Below are positions 1 to 6,998 of a stretch of DNA of 14,408 bases, piece after piece (positions within the stretch are counted from its first letter, which is position 1; the number at the start of each line of letters is the position of its first letter). The DNA is from Elusimicrobiales bacterium (lineage in GTDB: Bacteria > Elusimicrobiota > Elusimicrobia > Elusimicrobiales > UBA9959): the NCBI GenBank assembly GCA_049972095.1, contig JBMFKQ010000037.1, positions 1 to 14,408 on the forward strand, written 5' to 3'. Under the pieces are notes generated by a model, which was not told the DNA's origin, did not search any database, and saw only the letters and a program-made list of their open reading frames with translations. The position numbers were made by a program, and so were the translations under genes.

Positions 1-84
1 GAATATTTAATTAAAGAGAAAATAGAAAACAAAGAATTAACACCAGAAAAGTCCAAAATGTATGGAGATCTTACAAGCTTTTGA
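1..84 (+). CDS. 3' end of an upstream ORF (partial, unknown product)
   Basis: Frame 1 is open from base 1 (EYLIKEKIENKELTPEKSKMYGDLTSF) to TGA at 82-84. It is too short to assign a product. Confidence 0.5.
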   Translation, partial: EYLIKEKIENKELTPEKSKMYGDLTSF

Positions 85-109
85 TAGGAATTATCCTTTA
101 TTATATAAT
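81..109 (+). promoter_or_regulatory. sigma70-type promoter for the sulfatase gene
   Basis: TTGATA (81-86), 17 bp spacer, TATAAT (104-109). ATG at 116 follows 6 nt later. Confidence 0.7.
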
Positions 110-115
110 CTAATT

Positions 116-2029
116 ATGAAATTTTCTACAGTGGCGGAAAGATTGAAGATTCCCTTTTATTTTTTTCTGTTTTTTCTATTTTTTTCTTTTATTTTGAGGG
201 TTATCCTCTGGTTTGCTTTCTCGACGGGTGGCAGTCCGGTCCTTTTTCTGAAAGCCATTTTAGTTGGGACCGTTTCAGACATCTCTGGCGGACTCGTCTT
301 TTTTTTCCCCATCTTTGCCGTTTTTTCTCTTTGGGGCGAGAAGATTAGAGAGGGTCCTGTAAAAAAAATTTTGCTGGCGGCATTTACCTTTTTTTATCCT
401 TTTGTCCAGATATTCATTTTTGTCACGGAATATTTTTTCTTCGAGGAATTTAATTCAAGGTTTAACGCTGTTGCGGTGGATTATCTTATATATCCGACTG
501 AAGTCTTTGTTAATATCTGGCAGAGTTATAATGTGCCCCTTATAACTCTTGCCTGTCTTTTTTTTAGTCAGCCTTTCTCAATTTATATTTACAGAAGAAT
601 AAGAAGAATTGACGCTTGTAAAAAACCGTCAGCGGGCGTAAGAATGTTGGGTCTTGGTTCCTACGTTTTTTTAACCTTCGTCTTCTGCATGATATCGCCG
701 TTTGAAGGAATAAATTTTTCAGACAATAGGATAATCAATGAAATAGGGAAAAACGGGTTTAATTCGTTTATATACGCCGCTTATAGTCACAACCTTGATT
801 ATTACCATTTTTATCAGACCATCGAGCCCGAAAAAGCACATTTGTTATCAAGAAACCTTGTTGGTGGGGAGGGGGCGGTTTTTACCGATAACCCGCAGAT
901 TCCGATTGAAAGGATAATAAAGTCGAAAAAAAATGGCGAAAGAAATGTTAATGTCGTTATTTTTATTGTTGAAAGCTTTGGTTCTGAATTCTGGGGAGTT
1001 CTTGGGAGAAAGGATACATATACCCCATATATGGATGCTTTAAGCAGAGAAGGCATTTTGTTCACCAATATGTATTCAACGGGGAACAGGACAGTAAGGG
1101 CACTTGAAGCGATACTTGCTGGCGCGCCACCGCTTCCGGCGGAATCTCTCATTAAACTTAAATTTTCCAAAACCACAAAGACCATCGCGGAGATTTTAAA
1201 AGATAAGGGTTATAAAACCTTGTTCATTTATGGCGGAAGGGGGATATTTGACAATATGAAACCTTTTGCCATAAGATATGGATTTGACAGATTCATAGAG
1301 CAGAAGGATTTCAAAAAACCTAAATTTAAAACAATATGGGGCGTTTGCGACGAGGATATATACGAAAAGGCTTTCTTCGAATTTTCCAAGATGAACGAAA
1401 GAGGCGAGAGATTTTTTTCGGTTGTTCTTTCCGTTTCAAATCACAAACCCTATACATACCCCGCAGGAACTATAAAGGAAGACCCTCTTAAAAAGAAAAG
1501 GAGCCATGCTGTAAAATACACAGATTACGCGCTGGGAAAATTTTTTGAAAAAGCCAGAAAATCCCCTTTGTACCGAAATACCCTCTTTGTCATTATAGCC
1601 GACCATGGAGCGAGGGTTTACGGCAGCGCTGAGATACCCGTAAAGTCCTACGAGATCCCGATGCTTTTTATCGGAGCGGGGGTAAAGCCAGGGGTAAACT
1701 CAACCCTTGGCTCTTCTATAGACGTCTCTCCCACAATTCTTGATTTTATGGGGATTGGATACACTTCGACTTTCTGGGGAAGAAGCCTTTTTAATGGAAA
1801 GATAAATTACAGATGGGTTCCTCTGAATCACAACAGAAGCGTTGGTTTTTACGATGGTTCGCATATGATTGTCTTAGGTTTGAACAGAACGATTTATTAT
1901 TACAGGGTTAAGAGTAAAAGCGTTATAGAAAATGTCAAAGAGCCCGATAAAAAATTATCCGCTGTCATGGAAAAAGCAGTTTCCATTTTTCAAACGGCGT
2001 GGGATATTTACCAGAACGGATTAAACTGA
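116..2029 (+). CDS. LTA synthase / phosphoglycerol transferase (LtaS/MdoB-like) membrane sulfatase-family protein
   Basis: About five N-terminal hydrophobic segments, then an alkaline-phosphatase-superfamily domain with metal/catalytic motifs IVESFG, GNRTVRALEA (Thr nucleophile position), SNHKPY and ADHG. Start moved from 62 to ATG 116 because 62 overlaps the upstream ORF and lies before the promoter. Confidence 0.85.
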   Translation: MKFSTVAERLKIPFYFFLFFLFFSFILRVILWFAFSTGGSPVLFLKAILVGTVSDISGGLVFFFPIFAVFSLWGEKIREGPVKKILLAAFTFFYPFVQIFIFVTEYFFFEEFNSRFNAVAVDYLIYPTEVFVNIWQSYNVPLITLACLFFSQPFSIYIYRRIRRIDACKKPSAGVRMLGLGSYVFLTFVFCMISPFEGINFSDNRIINEIGKNGFNSFIYAAYSHNLDYYHFYQTIEPEKAHLLSRNLVGGEGAVFTDNPQIPIERIIKSKKNGERNVNVVIFIVESFGSEFWGVLGRKDTYTPYMDALSREGILFTNMYSTGNRTVRALEAILAGAPPLPAESLIKLKFSKTTKTIAEILKDKGYKTLFIYGGRGIFDNMKPFAIRYGFDRFIEQKDFKKPKFKTIWGVCDEDIYEKAFFEFSKMNERGERFFSVVLSVSNHKPYTYPAGTIKEDPLKKKRSHAVKYTDYALGKFFEKARKSPLYRNTLFVIIADHGARVYGSAEIPVKSYEIPMLFIGAGVKPGVNSTLGSSIDVSPTILDFMGIGYTSTFWGRSLFNGKINYRWVPLNHNRSVGFYDGSHMIVLGLNRTIYYYRVKSKSVIENVKEPDKKLSAVMEKAVSIFQTAWDIYQNGLN

Positions 2030-2501
2030 TTTAATCAAGAGGAACTGATTTTTTTTACTAAAACTTTCAAAGGACATCAAATCGGCTAAATATGCCGGTA
2101 TCGAGCAGCAGAGATTGAAAGGAAAGAATATAGCGCTGATATTTGAAAAAAGTTCCACCAGAACTCGCTGCGCTTTTGAAGTTGCGGCTCACGATGAGGC
2201 AGCACATGTTACGTATTTAGAGCCGACGGGCAGCCAGTTGGGGCATAAGGAAACTGTCAGGGATACTGCAATGGTTCTTGGAAGGATGTATGACGGGATA
2301 GAATACCGAGGTTTCGGGCAGAATATTGTCGAGGAACTCGCGAAATATGCGGGCGTCCCGATCTGGAACGGGCTTACCAACGAGTGGCATCCGACTCAGA
2401 TGTTAGCGGATGTTCTGACGATGATGGAACACTCTTTTGCGCCACTTGAAAAGATTTCATACGCTTATGTCGGAGACGCAAGATTCAATAAAAGAAATTA
2501 A
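2030..2501 (+). pseudogene. arcB: Ornithine carbamoyltransferase fragment (ArcB/ArgF type), truncated at both ends and frameshifted
   Basis: STRTR carbamoyl-phosphate motif, [33 protein letters not shown]. Similarity extends upstream of the ORF call (FNQEELIF / [25 protein letters not shown]) across a T8 run at 2049-2056. It stops near 2490, so most of the ornithine-binding domain including HCLP is missing. argF cannot be excluded as the symbol. Confidence 0.85.
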
Positions 2502-3013
2502 GAAAAATAAATCACCCTTACATTGTCTTATTAACGCCACTTTTAAGCTGCAATTCATTTTTGAAAATTAAAGATATAATTAAACTAAATAGTATTAAAG
2601 AAATAACAATAAATGATATCGGACTTCTTCATTATTTATCTGATAAGAATACAAAAATAAAAATTAACATAGGGCGAATACTTCTTAGTGTGATATCATA
2701 TTCTGTTGCGTTTGGTAAAATGAATAAATCTTTAACAGATATGAATATCAACTCACTTGAAGTTGATGCATTGATCCCAAAAGAGATAATAAAAGCCTTT
2801 AAAAGAATACATTTTTATACTCCTTTTTCTTACCTTGCTCATACAAGAAACTGTGTTTTTTATACACCAAAAGGGTGTAGCTGTAAAAATGAGTTTATAA
2901 AACTAAAATCTCAAATATTTAATAACTTATACATAAACTCAAATGCATATTTCGCATATGAAAAACACAGATTTCTTGGCTACAATATAAAAAGAATAAT
3001 ATATTACAGCTAA
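2492..3013 (+). pseudogene. 5'-truncated ORF, U32-peptidase-like
   Basis: The frame is open from 2492 with no ATG or RBS at its 5' end ([18 protein letters not shown]...). EITINDIGLLHYL resembles the U32 'V.V.D.G.l' motif, and YTPFSYLAHTRNC...GCSC gives a Cys cluster. It could alternatively be expressed from TTG 2561. Confidence 0.5.
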
Positions 3014-3100
3014 ATGTGAGTTTGTAGTATTCTTTTAATAGTTTTATCTCAATCTAACTTAGAAAACACACATTTTCATATATTTTGTATAATCTTTATA

Positions 3101-3146
3101 ATGAAAAGGAGTAATTATTCTTCTTGTGTATGATGCTGAGAAGACA
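3101..3146 (+). pseudogene. Probable degenerate 5' remnant of a GT2 glycosyltransferase
   Basis: ATG AAA AGG [A] GTA ATT ATT CTT CTT GTG TAT GAT GCT GAG AAG ACA reads MKR/VIILLVYDAEKT with one extra base, resembling the GT2 N-terminus 'MK.V.I..P.YNAEKT'. It is preceded by TATAAT at 3088-3093. Confidence 0.4.
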
Positions 3147-3265
3147 GATCTCTTACTTTTATTTTGTTGCTTTCAAACTTTGCATCCTGCTTTTCTTATA
3201 CATTAAAAAACCTGTATTATACATAGCCTTTATTTTCACAAAGTGAATTTGAAGAGGGAGGTTTT

Positions 3266-4012
3266 ATGAATATATCTTTTGCGATCATAGGGCATAATGA
3301 GGCGCATCTTCTCAGAGAATGCCTTGAAAGCATAAAGGATATAGCCTTTGAGATAGTTTATCTTGATTGCCAGAGTGATGATAATTCTGTTGATATTGCC
3401 AGAGAGTTTGGAGCAAAGGTTTTTGTCAAGGAAAATAATTTTAATCTGAATGTGAACAAGCAGTTTGCGATAGATAATTGCAGTGGTGAGTGGATATTTT
3501 ATATTGACCCTGATGAGAGATTGACTGAAGGGCTTAAAAATGAGATAACTCTTACTCTTAAAGACACAGATTCCAATGGTTTCATTATACCAAGAAGAAA
3601 TTATTATTTTGGTAAATGGCTTAGGTATGGTGGAAAATATCCAGATAGGCAGCTTAGGCTTTTCAGAAGGGGTAAAGGAAGGTTTGAGTGTAAAAGTATT
3701 CATGAGAGGATAAAGGTAGTTGGTAAGATTGGTTATATGAAAAATGCTTTTGAACACATAGTTATTGAAAACACTGGCAGGCTTATAATAAAAATGAATA
3801 GCTATGCATATCGTGGAGCTTATGAAGCTTTGAGACTTGGAATAAAGCCGAGTGAGATAATATCAAAGGCGCTGAAAAAATTTTTTATAAATTATTTTTT
3901 AAAAGGTGGTTTTCTTGATGGGAAAAAAGGTTTTTTTGTTTCACTCATTGATTTGTTTAATGGTTATCTCTGCTATTATAAATATATGGAGTTAGCAGAG
4001 AAAAAGATATGA
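3266..4012 (+). CDS. Glycosyltransferase family 2 (LPS core beta-1,4-glucosyltransferase-like, WaaE/KdtX/LgtF type)
   Basis: IIGHNEA, DCQSDDNS, WIFYIDPDE (DxD), RLFRR, IHE and YFLKGGFLDG motifs. SD GGAGG at 3257-3261. Confidence 0.85.
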   Translation: MNISFAIIGHNEAHLLRECLESIKDIAFEIVYLDCQSDDNSVDIAREFGAKVFVKENNFNLNVNKQFAIDNCSGEWIFYIDPDERLTEGLKNEITLTLKDTDSNGFIIPRRNYYFGKWLRYGGKYPDRQLRLFRRGKGRFECKSIHERIKVVGKIGYMKNAFEHIVIENTGRLIIKMNSYAYRGAYEALRLGIKPSEIISKALKKFFINYFLKGGFLDGKKGFFVSLIDLFNGYLCYYKYMELAEKKI

Positions 4013-5196
4013 ATCTATCAAAAATAGATATAACACCGCCGAGGTTAATTTTATACCTTTTTGCTGTGGCTTGTGCATTTTCACTATCTGCTACAACGGT
4101 TTTAATCTCTGCTATTTTCTTTTACTATATTTTAAATATCAAAAAAAATTTCTTGTCCTCTCCGAAGGATTTCATCTATTTTATTGTTTTTTATACCTGG
4201 AGAGGAATAACTGATATACTGAACGGTTTTTACTCATCTTTTTTCACTGCTTTTGGAGATATATGGGACAAAATTCCTTATGTAACAGCATCCCAATTTA
4301 AGTTTGATAAAAAGACAATAGAGAATTTTCTAAAAGTTCTTTTATGGACAAATATTGTTATAGTTATTTATGCTCTTTTACAGAAATATGCAGGTTTTCC
4401 TATTGTTGTGAAAAAACTTTTTACTGATGATTGGCTAAGATTTAAGGGATATCACTCACATCCGTTAAGATTTGCTGGATATCTTTCTACGGTGAGTGTA
4501 ATTGCATTTTCTTTTGGTATTTATTATAGAAAGTCTTTCATTTGTTTAGCTATTCTTGTTTTTATTGGACTTATCCTCAATGGTTCAAGAACATACTGGT
4601 TCAGCGTTGTTTTAACTGTAGGTGTGATATCTTTTTTAAAGTCATGGAGAAGCGTATTGTTTATTCTTCTAACTGCAGCAATTATCGGTGTAATCTCTTA
4701 TTATCTTTTTCCTGAGGTATCAATGAGAATTAGATCCTCTTATGATTCAAACTATCGCATAAATAATCTTTCAGATATTGAACTGAGGAAAAACTTCTGG
4801 AAAGCTGGCATTGAAATTTCAACGAAAAAGCCGGTATATGGAATAGGAGCAAAGAAGGTTGGGAAATATCTTAAACCTTATGAAGAGAAAGGCTTGATAG
4901 ATAATACTGCTCATTGTCATAATGTATATATAACATATCTTGCTGAGAGTGGAATAATAGGAATTGGGCTTTTGATTTTTTTGATGTTTTATTTTTTAAG
5001 GAAGTATTTTGTTATTTATCGTAATTCTACTGATGATTTCATAAAGGCTATTGCAATTTCTGCTTTTGCTTGCTGGCTTAATGTTGCTATTAGTGGTTTT
5101 TTTGAAAATAATTTTTCTACACTTGTTTTATGGGGGATTATGAGCTTCTGGATTGGTGTTGTTGAGTCTTATTTATATAATCACAAAGAAGCTTAA
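4009..5196 (+). CDS. O-antigen ligase family (Wzy_C/WaaL-like) membrane protein
   Basis: Multiple transmembrane segments, GSRTYW, R...W....KPVYGIG and HCHNVYITYLAESGIIG motifs. ATGA overlap with the GT2 stop suggests translational coupling. Confidence 0.85.
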   Translation: MNLSKIDITPPRLILYLFAVACAFSLSATTVLISAIFFYYILNIKKNFLSSPKDFIYFIVFYTWRGITDILNGFYSSFFTAFGDIWDKIPYVTASQFKFDKKTIENFLKVLLWTNIVIVIYALLQKYAGFPIVVKKLFTDDWLRFKGYHSHPLRFAGYLSTVSVIAFSFGIYYRKSFICLAILVFIGLILNGSRTYWFSVVLTVGVISFLKSWRSVLFILLTAAIIGVISYYLFPEVSMRIRSSYDSNYRINNLSDIELRKNFWKAGIEISTKKPVYGIGAKKVGKYLKPYEEKGLIDNTAHCHNVYITYLAESGIIGIGLLIFLMFYFLRKYFVIYRNSTDDFIKAIAISAFACWLNVAISGFFENNFSTLVLWGIMSFWIGVVESYLYNHKEA

Positions 5197-5241
5197 AAGC
5201 CTATATATGCTGTTTTTAGTTATATCTTAAATTATATTTGT

Positions 5242-6690
5242 TTAACATGCCCCTTCTTTTTTGATGACTGCTTTTACTGTTTTAAGTAATATTACTATAT
5301 CCAGCCATAAATTCCAGTTTTTCACATACCAGCTGTCCAGAGATATTCTATACTCGTATGAGGTGTTGCTTCTGCCGCTTACCTGCCATAACCCGGTGAC
5401 GCCTGGGGGGACTTTAAAATAATACTGCGCATCTTCTTTATAATAGTCATCTATTTCTTTTTGTACCACCGGTCTTGGTCCTACAAGCGACATCTCGCCT
5501 TTTAAAACATTGAATATCTGAGGGAGTTCATCAAGTGATGTTTTCCTTAAAAATTTTCCAAGCTTGGTTACTCTTGGATCATCTTTAAGTTTCCAAAACC
5601 TTTCCCACTCCTTTTTCTTTTCAGGATCTTTTTCAAGTATTTCTTTTAGTCTTCTATCAGCATCTGCATACATTGTCCTAAATTTATAACAATTAAAATA
5701 TCTTCCGTTTTTACCTACTCTTTTATGTGAATAAATTATAGGCCCTTTTGAATCAAATTTTATAAGTATGGATATTATCACAAAAATTGGTAAAAGTAAA
5801 ATTGTAACTATTACTGCCGTTATATAATCTATTATTCTTTTTGTTAAGTATATTATAGGATTTGAAAGATTGTTTTTTATCTCAATTCCAAATGCTTGTT
5901 CGTAGAAAAAATATTTTATTTCTGTACCTGATATAGCAATTCCTTCAATTTCAGGTATGTATATAACATTTTGTGCTTTGTGTTGTACTGTGTTTATTAA
6001 TCTTTGTAGTTCGTTTTTTGTCAGGTTTTCTTTTGCTATTATAACATCTGTTATATGGGCACTTTTTATATATCTTTCTATGTTGTTAATGCCTTTATGT
6101 ATTTTATATCCAATTACCTCTTTTTCTGATGTGTCATCTATAAAGCCTGCTATTTCATAGCATAGGTTTATTTCATTTTTTAATGCAAGGTATATTTTTT
6201 GTGCAAGCTTTCCTGAGCCTATGATAAGTGCTTTTTTTCTGAGAAGTCCAATAGTATAGAGTAGTTTCCTTACATTTATTCTTATAAATGGAAATAAGAA
6301 TGCAAGTAAGAATGTTAGGGTTATTATCAGAATTCTTGAATATTTTTGTGAGGTTTTGCTTATGAAAAGAACTGACAGTATTACAATCGTTGCTATGAGA
6401 AATGATTTTAGCATCTGTTTTATTTCGTCCCAAAAGGGAAAGGTTTTATGATATAGCCCTTCATATAAGAAAGAAAAGATGTAAATTGGAAATATCCATA
6501 AATACATAGATATGCTATGCTTAAATTCAGGAAGATTAGCTATGATTTTTGGAAGTAGATGTGCTCTTACATACACTGAAATCTGAAAGAGGAGTATAAG
6601 TGCTATGATATCAAACAGAAATAGAAGAAATATCCCTATGTTTTTTTTGATCCTTGTTGTATTCAGGAGAGGAAGAAATTTGTATTTCAT
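5242..6690 (-). CDS. wbaP: Undecaprenyl-phosphate sugar-1-phosphate transferase (WbaP/WcaJ family)
   Basis: N-terminal transmembrane region, Rossmann-like IIGSG segment, and C-terminal KFRTM, DDPRVT, SLDELPQ, GEMSLVGPRP and PGVTGLWQVSGRS motifs. Sugar specificity cannot be determined. Confidence 0.85.
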   Translation of the reverse strand: MKYKFLPLLNTTRIKKNIGIFLLFLFDIIALILLFQISVYVRAHLLPKIIANLPEFKHSISMYLWIFPIYIFSFLYEGLYHKTFPFWDEIKQMLKSFLIATIVILSVLFISKTSQKYSRILIITLTFLLAFLFPFIRINVRKLLYTIGLLRKKALIIGSGKLAQKIYLALKNEINLCYEIAGFIDDTSEKEVIGYKIHKGINNIERYIKSAHITDVIIAKENLTKNELQRLINTVQHKAQNVIYIPEIEGIAISGTEIKYFFYEQAFGIEIKNNLSNPIIYLTKRIIDYITAVIVTILLLPIFVIISILIKFDSKGPIIYSHKRVGKNGRYFNCYKFRTMYADADRRLKEILEKDPEKKKEWERFWKLKDDPRVTKLGKFLRKTSLDELPQIFNVLKGEMSLVGPRPVVQKEIDDYYKEDAQYYFKVPPGVTGLWQVSGRSNTSYEYRISLDSWYVKNWNLWLDIVILLKTVKAVIKKEGAC

Positions 6691-6697
6691 AAAATAA

Positions 6698-6720
6698 ATT
6701 ATAATACTTTTTGATATAAT
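6698..6720. promoter_or_regulatory. Divergent -10 elements for wbaP (-) and tRNA-Val (+)
   Basis: Palindrome ATTATAAT (6698-6705) gives TATAAT on both strands. Extended -10 TGaTATAAT at 6712-6720 on the + strand. Confidence 0.55.
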
Positions 6721-6731
6721 ATATATGAACT

Positions 6732-6805
6732 GCCCGGTTGGCGCAGCTGGCTAGCGCGTTCCCTTGACATGGGAAAGGTCGTAGGTTCAAGTCCTACACC
6801 GGGCA
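6732..6805 (+). tRNA. tRNA-Val (GAC), CCA not encoded
   Basis: Cloverleaf: acceptor GCCCGGT/ACCGGGC, D stem GCGC/GCGC, anticodon stem TTCCC/GGGAA with loop TT-GAC-AT, T stem GTAGG/CCTAC with loop TTCAAGT, discriminator A. Confidence 0.97.
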
Positions 6806-6939
6806 TATCAATATAGAATCAAATCATCAAACAATATTACCAAAATATGTGAAAAGCAAGGAGTGAAAGGGTTTTAAATGTTGAATTTTAGATGATGAAG
6901 TATTCTAAATGTTTTTATTTGTATTTCAAATATAGATTC

Positions 6940-6993
6940 TGCTAAAATCAAACGATAAGTTAGCTAAATTGCTATAATATAAGTTAAAAGGAG
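6940..6993 (+). promoter_or_regulatory. thrS promoter(s) and ribosome-binding site
   Basis: Extended -10 TGcTATAAT (6970-6978), a second candidate TGcTAAAAT (6940-6948), and SD AAGGAG (6988-6993) 5 nt before the ATG. Confidence 0.65.
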
Positions 6994-6998
6994 TTGGT

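Noticed and set aside
150..370. Poly-T and poly-A tracts in the sulfatase 5' region as phase-variation sites
   Set aside because: Runs are 8 nt or shorter and are explained by Phe- and Lys-rich membrane segments. The frame is intact.
5197..5241. Bidirectional terminator between the ligase and wbaP
   Set aside because: Only 3-4 bp stems can be drawn, which is too weak to call.
6806..6960. ncRNA, T-box or small ORFs between tRNA-Val and thrS (e.g. AAGGAG followed by MLNFR)
   Set aside because: No T-box consensus or convincing stems, ORFs are tiny, and short repeats such as AATCAAA are expected in AT-rich DNA.
6732..6998. tRNA-anchored integrative element
   Set aside because: No integrase and no duplicated tRNA 3' end were seen in the window. 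The variable region lies on the 5' side of the tRNA.
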